Assembly (NCBI GenBank): GCA_048940645.1
Contig: JBHLOI010000036.1
Coordinates: forward strand, 1 to 32,565
From: Promethearchaeota archaeon
GTDB lineage: Archaea > Asgardarchaeota > Lokiarchaeia > Sigyniarchaeales > SOKP01
Direction of reading: 5' to 3'
DNA: 32,565 bases
Shown: positions 9,208-19,020 of the stretch, piece after piece
Numbering within the stretch: position 1 is the first letter of the stretch
Layout of the letters: the number at the start of each line of letters is the position of its first letter
Program-made: the position numbers and the translations under genes
Notes under the pieces: model-generated
What the model saw: only the letters and a program-made list of their open reading frames with translations
Told to the model about the DNA's origin: nothing
Databases searched by the model: none

Positions 9208-10050
9208 TTGAAAACAGCAGCTAGTACTAATGCTACAGATATCGCTAGAGAAAGGAAAATAATTAAAACCCAAAAGAGTTTACACAAATTTAATGATTTA
9301 TTCAATTATCTTGAGATTCATAACACAAATAGCGACGCCGTGCTTCTTTCAATAATTCTTCCAATGTATAATGAAGAAAAAACAATTCGTGCCGTATTAG
9401 AAAGTTTACCTAAGTATGAGTTAATTGAGATAATTGTTATCGATGATCATTCTACAGATAACAGTATTAAAGAAATTCGAAAAATTCATTCACCAGAAAG
9501 AATAAATATACTGCATCATAAGGAAAATAAAGGTTATGGGGCTGCTATCACTACTGGAATGAAACATGCAAAAGGAAAAATTATTGTCTGTATGGATAGC
9601 GATGGTCAACACAACGCTGATGATCTATTCGATTTAATAAAACCAATTATCGAAGGTAAATCTGATATAGTAATTGGTTCAAGATATTTAGGCGCTTATA
9701 ATTATCGTTTACCATTATTAAGACAATTTGGAGAAATTCTGGCAGAGAAAATAATCAGAATATTATTCAACTTAAAAATAAAAAATAATCAAAATGGTTT
9801 CCGCGCTTACAATAGGAAAGTTCTTAAAGTATTAAAAAATGCGAGATACCTTGATTATACTTATTGTACGGAGCAAATTTTAAAAGCTTCGATTTATGGC
9901 TTTAAAATTAAAGAATCTCCTGTAAAAGTCTATGGCCGTCAACATGGCGCCTCAAAAATGACTATTATACGACTTGCACTTAATATATTCTCATGTATGT
10001 TAATATATTACTTTAAAAAAATCAAGGGCAATTCTACAAATAAGCAATAA
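9208..10050 (+). CDS. GT2 glycosyltransferase, DPM1-like (paralog 2)
   Basis: ILPMYNEE, IDDHSTD, NKGYGAA, MDSDGQH, NNQNGFRA. Visibly similar to the upstream gene throughout. Confidence 0.88.
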   Translation: MKTAASTNATDIARERKIIKTQKSLHKFNDLFNYLEIHNTNSDAVLLSIILPMYNEEKTIRAVLESLPKYELIEIIVIDDHSTDNSIKEIRKIHSPERINILHHKENKGYGAAITTGMKHAKGKIIVCMDSDGQHNADDLFDLIKPIIEGKSDIVIGSRYLGAYNYRLPLLRQFGEILAEKIIRILFNLKIKNNQNGFRAYNRKVLKVLKNARYLDYTYCTEQILKASIYGFKIKESPVKVYGRQHGASKMTIIRLALNIFSCMLIYYFKKIKGNSTNKQ

Positions 10051-10131
10051 GAATTTTTTCTCAAATTTTTTTGAATTTTTAATGCTAATAGAATCATAAA
10101 ATTTTTGATTAGCTACTCCTATAATAATCCC

Positions 10132-11202
10132 ATGAAAAAAATAATTACTTGTATTGGAATTCGTCCAGATATTATACGTTTATCTCAAATAATCAAGAAA
10201 TTAGATAAATATTTTGAAAACATAATTGTTGATAGTGGTCAGCATTACGATTATAATTTAAATAAAATATTTTATGATCAACTAAGTGTCCGAGTACCTG
10301 AATATAATCTTGATATTAAAAGTGGAACCCATGCTACTCAAGTAGCAAGACTTATGATTGAATTTGAGAAGGTACTAATGCATCTAAATCCTGAATTTGT
10401 TATTGTTTTAGGGGATAATAATAGTAGTCTAGGATTTGCGATAGCAACTTCTAAATTAAACATTCCCCTAATCCACATAGAAGCGGGAATGAGAAGTAAA
10501 AACTGGCTTATGCCAGAAGAAAAAAACCGCAAAATCATAGATCATTTAGCCGATATGAATCTCTGTTATTTGCCTGAACATAAAGAAAATTTAATAAGGG
10601 AAGGAATAAACCCGAGAAGATGCTGGGTTATAGGTAATCCCATTTTAGAAGTGGTAAACGCAGTAAAAACGACATTTAAACAAGAAAAACCGTTTTATCT
10701 AGTCACATGTCATAGAGCTGAAAATACAGAGATGAAAGAAAACCTTGAAATTATTTTAAATTTTTTAGGAGAGTTATATGAAAAAAAAAATATAGAAATC
10801 AAATTTATCCTTATGCCAAAAACTAAGAATATGATGGAAAAATATGGCTTAAAATTTCCAAGAGGTATTGATCCGATTCCACCTCAAGGTTTTGTAGAAT
10901 TCCTTGGTATGGAAAAAGAAGCACAGTTAGTTTTAACTGATAGTGGGACAGTTGTTGAAGAATGTGCCATTCTAGGAACCCCATGTATGACGATAAGAGA
11001 AAGTACTGAAAGGATTGATTTAATTGAACTTGGTGTAAACGTATTAACCGGTATAGATAATAGCCAAATGCTTGATTCAGCAGAACTAGCATTATCTCGT
11101 AAAGTTGAACCAGTGTCACATTATGGTAAAAATATATCTGATAAAATTTGTAATATATTGATAGGAAATTCTTTAAACTTCTATAAAAACTATGAAAGGT
11201 AG
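10132..11202 (+). CDS. Non-hydrolysing UDP-N-acetylhexosamine 2-epimerase, CapG/WbjD/FnlC-like
   Basis: GIRPDIIRLS, GQHYDYNL, HIEAGMRS, PEEKNR, HRAEN, TDSGTVVEE, RESTER. The start is likely ATG 10132 (MKKIITCIG) rather than TTG 10105. Confidence 0.88.
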   Translation: MKKIITCIGIRPDIIRLSQIIKKLDKYFENIIVDSGQHYDYNLNKIFYDQLSVRVPEYNLDIKSGTHATQVARLMIEFEKVLMHLNPEFVIVLGDNNSSLGFAIATSKLNIPLIHIEAGMRSKNWLMPEEKNRKIIDHLADMNLCYLPEHKENLIREGINPRRCWVIGNPILEVVNAVKTTFKQEKPFYLVTCHRAENTEMKENLEIILNFLGELYEKKNIEIKFILMPKTKNMMEKYGLKFPRGIDPIPPQGFVEFLGMEKEAQLVLTDSGTVVEECAILGTPCMTIRESTERIDLIELGVNVLTGIDNSQMLDSAELALSRKVEPVSHYGKNISDKICNILIGNSLNFYKNYER

Positions 11203-11226
11203 TTTTTAAAGGAGATTTAATTCATT

Positions 11227-12126
11227 CTAGAATTTATCCCTATTTTTTAATATATAATCTTTAAGTTCTGAAATAGCGATTTTTATATCTTTTTTTTTAA
11301 TAACTTTATCTAATTCTGCATATTTTGTAGCAAGTGATCGGTCTATTTTCTGTTCTGGTTTATTAACTCTATTAATTTTTAACTCTTTTTCAAAAATCTC
11401 ATTGAATACTTGCATTAATTGATACTTATTGACTGTATTATTAGGAATATAGTGGTGGATATAGGATTCATGTAATAATTCGTCATAAATGTTAGTCGAT
11501 ATTATTTTTTCACACAATTGAGCAAATTGAAGAGTAGTTACACCATTCCATATATGATGCTCAAAACCTCCAATTATGCCTCCATTAGGTTGACTTAAAA
11601 ACCATTCGAGTAAAAAGGAAGTTTCTTTTTTGAATTCAGGTCCAATTATAGAGCATCTTATTATTAACATTGATCCTTCAAAAACTTCACCAAGACTCTT
11701 TGATTTACCATATACATCTAATGGATCATGGGGATCTTCTTCGCTGTAATTACCTTTTTTTCCAGAATATACACAATCTGTGCCAATTTGAATTATTTTA
11801 ATATTATGTTTTTTAGCATAGCTGGCTAATTTCCATGGAAAATCAGCATTAATTTGAATTGCCCGTTTAACTCCTTCAGGATCATCATCTTTAGAGAAAG
11901 GTTTAGTAATTCCTATACAATTAATAATATATTCAATTTTTAAATCAAGAAACTGACTATTTTCCAATTGATTGATGTCATTAGCATCAAAGAGATACGT
12001 ATTATCATTTAAAAATTTTGGATTTCTCACAGTACCATATACGGTAAAATCAGGATTTTTTGAAAGATAATCAAAAACCATCGAACCTAACATTCCGCTT
12101 ATGCCAAGAACTAAAATTTTTGTCAT
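11227..12126 (-). CDS. RmlD/WbjC-like NDP-4-keto-6-deoxyhexose reductase
   Basis: GISGMLG, INCIGI, IGTDCVYSG, YGKSKSLGE, WNGVTT. The likely start is ATG 12126, behind a GAGTGA motif. Confidence 0.85.
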   Translation of the reverse strand: MTKILVLGISGMLGSMVFDYLSKNPDFTVYGTVRNPKFLNDNTYLFDANDINQLENSQFLDLKIEYIINCIGITKPFSKDDDPEGVKRAIQINADFPWKLASYAKKHNIKIIQIGTDCVYSGKKGNYSEEDPHDPLDVYGKSKSLGEVFEGSMLIIRCSIIGPEFKKETSFLLEWFLSQPNGGIIGGFEHHIWNGVTTLQFAQLCEKIISTNIYDELLHESYIHHYIPNNTVNKYQLMQVFNEIFEKELKINRVNKPEQKIDRSLATKYAELDKVIKKKDIKIAISELKDYILKNRDKF

Positions 12127-12145
12127 CCTAATTCTCACTCTTTAT

Positions 12146-13534
12146 TTATCGATTTTCTACTTCCCATATTTCTCTTCCCCAGTAATCTGCTGGAAAGCGA
12201 TAATCATCTCCTTTACTTTCTTCAAGAGAGCTTGTTGAAAAGAAAAGAATACGCGTATCTTCTTCCAATGGTCTAAAGCCATTAGCATATCTAGGAGGGA
12301 TAAATACTATTTGTGGATGTTTATCTGATAAAATAAAACGCGTAACTTCTTGATTTTTTGAGGGAGTCTTAATGTCATCTAATTTAACAGCCGCTACTAT
12401 AGCAGAACCTTTAGCAACATAAATATATTTCGCTTCATTCATATGTCCATGAAATGCACGAATCGTTGAGGTTGAAAAGTTTTGAACTTGATAAAAACGT
12501 TTAACACCATAAAAGTTAAAGTCATTAGCAAAATTTAGACTACCTCTATCATCAACTGCGATTCCTCCTTCAATCAATTGTAAATCTCTTTTACCAATTG
12601 TCTGTGATATTTTTACTCTTTCAGCTAATTTTAGATTAGAATAAATCCCCCTATGAAAATCTTGAGCTGTGGGTGAGTTGATTATTTCTCTTACAGCATC
12701 TTTAATACCATACCTAAATTCAAAACCAGTATTCAATAATTTACTACTATCTACCATATAGCTTCTTTTATCTACAATATTTCTATTAATTTGAATATCG
12801 CAATTAGTTATCTCTTTTACAATTTCCCCTAATCTTAATAAACTTAAATTTTCACCCCTCACGTTATAAATTCCATGTAAGCTATTTTTAATAGCATGGA
12901 CTATAGCTCGAGAAATATCACGAATATGTACAAATGGGCGTTCTTGTTCTCCACCAAACACAGTAATTTTATTGAAATTTAATGCTCTTGCTGCAAAAGC
13001 GTTTACAACCAAATCATATCGCATTCTTGGACTCAATCCATATGCAGTACCCAACCTTAAGATGCAATAATTATCTTCACATATCTCTCTTATTAGGCGT
13101 TCTTGAGTATATTTTGTTTGACCATAAAAGTCAATGGGAAAGCCCTCATCTTCTTCTTTTACAATGACATTTGGTTCGCTTCCATAAACACTACAGGTGC
13201 TAATGTGAACTACATATTTTTTCATTTTCTTACAAATTTCAGCCACATTTCGTGCACCTATGCAATTTATATCAATAGCTTGATTAGTATCTATTAAACA
13301 TGCGGGATCACCCACAATTGCCGCTAGATTTACAACAACATCATAATTTTTAACAATTTTCTCAATTTGATCTTTATTGCGTACATCTGCTTCTATAAAT
13401 GTGTTAGGTGGATGAAGATCTTTATAGAGGTGATTATCTAAAATATCAACTTCCCACTCCTCTTGTTTCATAACATCATTTAATACACTTCCAATATATC
13501 CAAGACCACCTAATATTAAAATTTTATACGGCAT
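12146..13534 (-). CDS. Fusion of extended SDR (epimerase/dehydratase) and C-terminal cupin (RmlC/FdtA-like sugar epimerase/isomerase)
   Basis: N-terminal GGLGYIG, STCSVYG, YGQTK. C-terminal DDRGSL, RAFHGH, IPPRYANGF, DDYR. Confidence 0.82.
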   Translation of the reverse strand: MPYKILILGGLGYIGSVLNDVMKQEEWEVDILDNHLYKDLHPPNTFIEADVRNKDQIEKIVKNYDVVVNLAAIVGDPACLIDTNQAIDINCIGARNVAEICKKMKKYVVHISTCSVYGSEPNVIVKEEDEGFPIDFYGQTKYTQERLIREICEDNYCILRLGTAYGLSPRMRYDLVVNAFAARALNFNKITVFGGEQERPFVHIRDISRAIVHAIKNSLHGIYNVRGENLSLLRLGEIVKEITNCDIQINRNIVDKRSYMVDSSKLLNTGFEFRYGIKDAVREIINSPTAQDFHRGIYSNLKLAERVKISQTIGKRDLQLIEGGIAVDDRGSLNFANDFNFYGVKRFYQVQNFSTSTIRAFHGHMNEAKYIYVAKGSAIVAAVKLDDIKTPSKNQEVTRFILSDKHPQIVFIPPRYANGFRPLEEDTRILFFSTSSLEESKGDDYRFPADYWGREIWEVENR

Positions 13535-13782
13535 AGTTCATTCTTTGGGTTTTTATTCAATAGGTCATTTGATTTTTATTATTAAAGTAAAATTTAGCTA
13601 ATAATAAAAATTAATTCAATTTCTAACTTTTTTGAAAGGATTAGAATCTATTTATTTCAAAAGGCTTTTTTTTTCATTAGCTATATAAATTTTAAATTTA
13701 TTGCTAATTTTTTTATATTTAAACATGCAATTTTGATTACTTTTTAAGATTTTAAAATAAATCAATTGTTGAGAGTTATTCA

Positions 13783-14997
13783 ATGAATATTCTTGTTCTC
13801 CAAGAAACAGATTGGCTTACTCGAGGGCCACATACACAACATCACGTTTTTGAGAGAATTTCAAAGAATTCCAATATTAAAATCTCTGTATTAGATTATG
13901 ATATTGATAAAAAAATGCATTCAAAATCAATTCTCATAAAGAAACAAATCTTTACTAATATTAACAGAGCCATTGATAATTCAAATGTAAAAATTATTCG
14001 GACAGCTCATATTCAAGTTCCATACCTTAGAAGATTTACTTCATTAATAACAAATTTTTTTGAAATGGTAAACATATTTAGAAAAAATAGACCTGATGTA
14101 ATTGTAGGATTTTCTTTAACAAATGGAATCATTGGTTTAATATTATCTAAACTTTACAGAATTCCTTATGTTTTTTATTATATAGACTTATTACATACAT
14201 TAATACCGGTTCATTATACTCAGAAAATCGCTTCAATATTTTCAAGATTTTTATTTAAGAATTCAGATAAAGTTATTGTTGTCACAAAATCTCTTCAAAA
14301 GTATATTTTAAATGAAAAAGTTGAGCCAGAAAAGATTAAGGTTCTTCTAAATGGAATTTCTTTAGAAAATACAATAGTAGATGAAAAAAAGCTTAATCAT
14401 TTAAAGCGAAAATATATGATTAGAGATGATGAGTTTGTTTTATTTTTCATGGGATATCTATATGATTTTGCTGGATTAAAGGAAATTATTAAGTATTACA
14501 ACCCTGATGTGAAAAAAGGAAAGTTGAAATTTAAGTTTTTAATAATTGGAGATGGAGGGATATATAATTCCCTAATTCGTTATGTTGAAGAGATAAAAGC
14601 GGATTGGGTAATTCTTACTGGAAGAATTCCATTTTTTGATATCACAGAATACATTGAATTAGCTGATTTATGTCTAATGAGCTTTGATTTAAATGATATT
14701 ACAAGAGAAATCACCCCAGTAAAAATTATGGAATATATGGCAATGAAAAAACCAGTTTTATCAAATAGTCTTCCAGGGGTACTCACTGAGATTGGAAAAA
14801 ATAATGGTGTAATATTCGCTAGAAATCAGTCCGACCTTATAAAGAAAATTGAATCTTTAAGTGCTAATAAGGATAAATTAAAGCAAATTGGGTTGAAAGG
14901 TTTTAAATTGATAAAAATGTATTATGTTTGGCCAAAAATTTTAAATAATTTTAAAAGAATTCTTTTCGAATTAATTAAAAATAAGAGATCAAATTAA
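13783..14997 (+). CDS. GT4 (GT-B) glycosyltransferase
   Basis: VLLNGI, FFMGYL, IIGDGG, ADLCL, PVKIMEYMAMKKPVL. Confidence 0.88.
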   Translation: MNILVLQETDWLTRGPHTQHHVFERISKNSNIKISVLDYDIDKKMHSKSILIKKQIFTNINRAIDNSNVKIIRTAHIQVPYLRRFTSLITNFFEMVNIFRKNRPDVIVGFSLTNGIIGLILSKLYRIPYVFYYIDLLHTLIPVHYTQKIASIFSRFLFKNSDKVIVVTKSLQKYILNEKVEPEKIKVLLNGISLENTIVDEKKLNHLKRKYMIRDDEFVLFFMGYLYDFAGLKEIIKYYNPDVKKGKLKFKFLIIGDGGIYNSLIRYVEEIKADWVILTGRIPFFDITEYIELADLCLMSFDLNDITREITPVKIMEYMAMKKPVLSNSLPGVLTEIGKNNGVIFARNQSDLIKKIESLSANKDKLKQIGLKGFKLIKMYYVWPKILNNFKRILFELIKNKRSN

Positions 14998-15000
14998 ATT

Positions 15001-15786
15001 ATGGATAAGTCTAATTATAAGGAAAAACGAAAGCGAGAAAAACTGTGGTATGAACAACAAACTTTAGCTAAAAAGAAAGGCTTTTTTGGTAGTATCCTTA
15101 CTTCTAATCTATTTATTACTCCAAAGAGGAGAGCATATACATACTCTTTTGCCAAGAAACAGATGAATATATTTGTTTATAATCATCTTAAAAACAAAAA
15201 AGTTGCAAAACTATTGATCGCACCTTGTGGTGTTGGAGATGATTTTAAATATTTAAAAGACTTTTCTAATGAGGTTCATGGTATAGATCTCTCTTCTATC
15301 CCTTTAAAAGAATGTCCAAATTCCATGATAATAAGAGAAGCGGACATTTTAGACTCAGGGTATCCAGATCGTACATTTGATTTTATCGCTAGCCCACTAT
15401 TTTTTCATCACCTAATAAAGATAGGATTTGAACCTTTTTTAAAAGAATTTCATCGAATTTTAAAACCTGGGGGAAAATTGGTTATTCTCGAACCATCTGT
15501 ATTTTATCCTTTAAATGCTTTCACTAGACCACTTAAAATAATTACCAAAAACATATATGGGGAAGTTGAAGATGAAGCCCCTTTCAATCCTAAATTGCTA
15601 ATAAATTCTTTAAAAAAAGTAGGTTTTATTAATTTAGATATAAAAGCTGCAACTTTCAGCCATGTCAGCTTCTTAGTTCCATTAGCAAAATTAGTAAATT
15701 TTGTATTTAAACCATTTTTGAAAACAAATAAATTTTGGAAATATTTTGCATTTTTAGTATTATTTTGGGGGGAAAAACCAAATTAA
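15001..15786 (+). CDS. Class I SAM-dependent methyltransferase
   Basis: Variant motif I LIAPCGVG, then HGIDLS, EADIL, YPDRTFDFI, FFHH, RILKPGG. Confidence 0.82.
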   Translation: MDKSNYKEKRKREKLWYEQQTLAKKKGFFGSILTSNLFITPKRRAYTYSFAKKQMNIFVYNHLKNKKVAKLLIAPCGVGDDFKYLKDFSNEVHGIDLSSIPLKECPNSMIIREADILDSGYPDRTFDFIASPLFFHHLIKIGFEPFLKEFHRILKPGGKLVILEPSVFYPLNAFTRPLKIITKNIYGEVEDEAPFNPKLLINSLKKVGFINLDIKAATFSHVSFLVPLAKLVNFVFKPFLKTNKFWKYFAFLVLFWGEKPN

Positions 15787-15817
15787 CCATTAATTTCATG
15801 CTGGAGATGTAGATTCG

Positions 15818-16996
15818 TTGATTAATGTTGCGATGTTGACTCCTTTTTTTACAGGAGAATTAGGAGGACCATTTAATGTAATATCAGAGATCGTTCCGTA
15901 TTTAGAAAAAAAAGATATATCAACAACCATTTTCACAACATCTGCTATTGAAAAATTTAGTAATAAACGTACTGAGTTCTATGAGCAGAAATCCAAAAAT
16001 TTTAGAATATATCGGTTAGATTCTTTTTTAAAATTTAAAGAATATAGAATTTCATTTAATTTACTCCCTTTTCTTCTTAAACATGAAGAAAAAATCGATA
16101 TTATTCATTCTCATGCATTAAGAAGTTATCAGGAAGATATAGGTTCAATTTTTTCATTAATGAAAAAAAAACCAATGGTAATATCGCCTCACGGAGGAAT
16201 TAGTATCAATTGGGATTATAGTGATAAAGTACCAAAAATGATCTCAGATAAAACTATTGGATATTTAAAGAAAAAATTATTAAAAGTACATTATATAGCA
16301 GTTACTAAAATGGAAATACCTTTAATTAAAAAATATGGGGGTATTGATGAAAATTTCATCCATTATATCCCTCATGGGGTAAACACTGATATTTTTAAAC
16401 CCATAGAATCATTTAATTTGAAAAAGAATTTAGGTTTAGAAAATTTTGATGTAATTTTGTATGTGGGACGTATTGCTAAAGGTAAAGGAGTAGACAAGCT
16501 TATCAAAATATTTAATATCGTTCATCAAAAAAATAAAAAAGTTAAATTAGTAATTATTGGAGGGGATGCCGGATATCTTCCAATTGTTAAAAATCTTATC
16601 CAAAAATATAACTTATCCAAATATATCTTAATTTTGGGTTACATTCCTAAAGAAAACTTGCCAGTTTACTATTCAATGGCTGATCTAGTAGTTTATCCAT
16701 CAAGACAAGAAATATTTGGACTTGTGCTATGTGAGGCAATGGCATGTGGTAAGGCCGTAATAGGATCAAACATTATGGGACCTAGTGAAATTATTGTTAA
16801 TGGAAAAACAGGTTTTACTTCCGACTTTAGAGATATTAATGAAATAAGTAAAAAGATACTATATTTATTTGAAGATAAAAAACTATTAAATCAAATGGGA
16901 AGAAATGGTCTAGAGAGAGTTAAAAAGAAATTTACATGGGAAAAAGCAGCACATTTACATTTTAAACTTTATAGAAAGGTATTAAATTTAAAATAA
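15818..16996 (+). CDS. GT4 glycosyltransferase
   Basis: IPHGVNTDIF, YVGRIAKGKG, EIFGLVLCEAMACG (Ex7E). Confidence 0.92.
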   Translation: MINVAMLTPFFTGELGGPFNVISEIVPYLEKKDISTTIFTTSAIEKFSNKRTEFYEQKSKNFRIYRLDSFLKFKEYRISFNLLPFLLKHEEKIDIIHSHALRSYQEDIGSIFSLMKKKPMVISPHGGISINWDYSDKVPKMISDKTIGYLKKKLLKVHYIAVTKMEIPLIKKYGGIDENFIHYIPHGVNTDIFKPIESFNLKKNLGLENFDVILYVGRIAKGKGVDKLIKIFNIVHQKNKKVKLVIIGGDAGYLPIVKNLIQKYNLSKYILILGYIPKENLPVYYSMADLVVYPSRQEIFGLVLCEAMACGKAVIGSNIMGPSEIIVNGKTGFTSDFRDINEISKKILYLFEDKKLLNQMGRNGLERVKKKFTWEKAAHLHFKLYRKVLNLK

Positions 16997-17080
16997 GACT
17001 TAGAAAGGATTTAATATCAATCATAATCTTATATTATTAAACAAGAATAAGTTTCAAAAAAAACTGACTAATTTAAAATT

Positions 17081-18307
17081 ATGAATTACAAGCCGGATTT
17101 GAAGTTTATATGGATCTCTCAATTTGGGACTCTCGTTGAGATTAGAATTAAAGAAATTTCAAAAAGATTAATGGTAAAAGGAATATACCCAATTATTTTT
17201 ACCCATAAACAGCAAAGGAAAGAGAGATCGAAATCTAAACAAATTAAAAGAGACTTATTTTATTATCATTTCCGAAATCCATTGTATTTCAATTTTAATG
17301 TTAAAATCTTTAAATACTTAAGAGAATTAGTTCATAAAATTGCATTCATTTTTGGCGGAATGCCTTTTTTATATTCAGATCTTAAATCTTTTTTAAAAAA
17401 AAATGATGAAATTAAATTTATATATGCCACAGGACCTCTTTTTTTTACACATATGCTTGGATACCTTTTAAAGAAAAGATATAATAAAAAACTTGTAGTG
17501 GAATATACTGATCCTTGGTATAAAAATCCCTATTCAGTAGAAAGTAGAAATATTTTTGATAAAATAATTGATTATTCTATTGAAAAAAAAATTTTACAAT
17601 CAGCAGATATTATTGTATCTAATACTGAGTCTTTAAATCCTATACTGCAAAAAAATTTTCCTTTTATAAAGAATAAACCAATATTCTCCATAGAAGATGG
17701 ATTAAATTTACAAACACTCGATGATTTACCTAAAAAAGATGAAAGCCGTATAACGCTTACTTACGGAGGTAAGATATACGGAAGAAGAAATATATATCCC
17801 CTTTTTAAAATTATATCTGATCTAAATAAAGAACATTTTTTTGAAGATATAAAAATATTAATTAAAATTTATGGAAGTTATCCAAAAAAGTTATTTGAAA
17901 GAATTCTTGATAGTTTAAACATAAGCGATTTATTTTATTTAGGTGATTTTCTTTCAAGATCTCAATTTATAAAAGAAATTATGAAATCTGACATGGCCCT
18001 TCATATTGGGGAAAACTTAGATTACCCTACGATAGCTTTCAAAGTATGGGAGTACCTTAGTTGTAGAAAAAAAATATTATTCTTAGGTCTTGAAAGATCT
18101 TATCGTTCAGACTTTATTAGAAACCATAATTTAGGAATTGTGATTCCAATTGATAATTTAGAAAAGGGAAAAGAAATCACAAAAGAGTTATTTATGAAAA
18201 TTAAAAATAGAAATATAGATTTAACGTTTGATGAAGAACAACTAAAAGCATTCTCATGGGATAACAGAGCAGAAAAATTTATCAAAAAAATTATAAACTC
18301 TTTATAA
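17081..18307 (+). CDS. GT-B (GT4-like) glycosyltransferase
   Basis: ATGPLF, EYTDPW, YGGKIYGRRN, FKVWEYL, FSWDNRA. Confidence 0.78.
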   Translation: MNYKPDLKFIWISQFGTLVEIRIKEISKRLMVKGIYPIIFTHKQQRKERSKSKQIKRDLFYYHFRNPLYFNFNVKIFKYLRELVHKIAFIFGGMPFLYSDLKSFLKKNDEIKFIYATGPLFFTHMLGYLLKKRYNKKLVVEYTDPWYKNPYSVESRNIFDKIIDYSIEKKILQSADIIVSNTESLNPILQKNFPFIKNKPIFSIEDGLNLQTLDDLPKKDESRITLTYGGKIYGRRNIYPLFKIISDLNKEHFFEDIKILIKIYGSYPKKLFERILDSLNISDLFYLGDFLSRSQFIKEIMKSDMALHIGENLDYPTIAFKVWEYLSCRKKILFLGLERSYRSDFIRNHNLGIVIPIDNLEKGKEITKELFMKIKNRNIDLTFDEEQLKAFSWDNRAEKFIKKIINSL

Positions 18308-18314
18308 TTTTTCT

Positions 18315-18971
18315 TTACTTTTCCTTAACACATAAGATTTGAAATGCTTTTGTGGGATGATTTCTTACAAATAATTGAGTTAAGTGAGTAATAACAAACC
18401 AAAAAAATCGAGGTTTAAATTTTAATAAGCCGTATTCACCCCTTAGGAATTTCCATCCATTAATGCCGATAACTTTGAACCCTTTTTTTTTCATTTCTTT
18501 AACAGTCCATCCAGATTTATGCACCTCCCAGGGATTATTATCGTATTCTCCTTGAGGAACAAATCCATTTGTGGTGAAAATAATTAATTTCTTTTTAGCG
18601 ATTTTTTCTAATATCTTTAATAATGAATTTCCTTCTTCTTTTGTTAAATGTTCAATCAAGTCTAATGCAATTACACAATCAAATGAGTTTTCATCAAATT
18701 CTTGATTAATTTTTAAGACATCTAATTGAATATATTTGTCATGAATTTTTTCTTTCTTACTTTTTTTAAGCCATGGTTCGAATTTATCCACTCCTATACA
18801 ATAAAATTGTTTTGGAAAATGTTTAAGTGGGGAATTTGAACCACAGCCTATATCAAGAATTGTTTTACAATTTCGGAGTAAATTTCCCAATTCAGAAATA
18901 TATTCAAATTTTATAGGAAATTTTGAATATACTGTTTTATATAATTGTAGCAACTGATTTTTGATTACCAT
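18315..18971 (-). CDS. Class I SAM-dependent methyltransferase
   Basis: ILDIGCG, GVD, FDENSFDCVIALDLIEHL, HKSGW. Confidence 0.88.
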   Translation of the reverse strand: MVIKNQLLQLYKTVYSKFPIKFEYISELGNLLRNCKTILDIGCGSNSPLKHFPKQFYCIGVDKFEPWLKKSKKEKIHDKYIQLDVLKINQEFDENSFDCVIALDLIEHLTKEEGNSLLKILEKIAKKKLIIFTTNGFVPQGEYDNNPWEVHKSGWTVKEMKKKGFKVIGINGWKFLRGEYGLLKFKPRFFWFVITHLTQLFVRNHPTKAFQILCVKEK

Positions 18972-19020
18972 GGTATTTAGCTTCTTAATTTATTTTTAAA
19001 TCTATATTTATATGATACTT

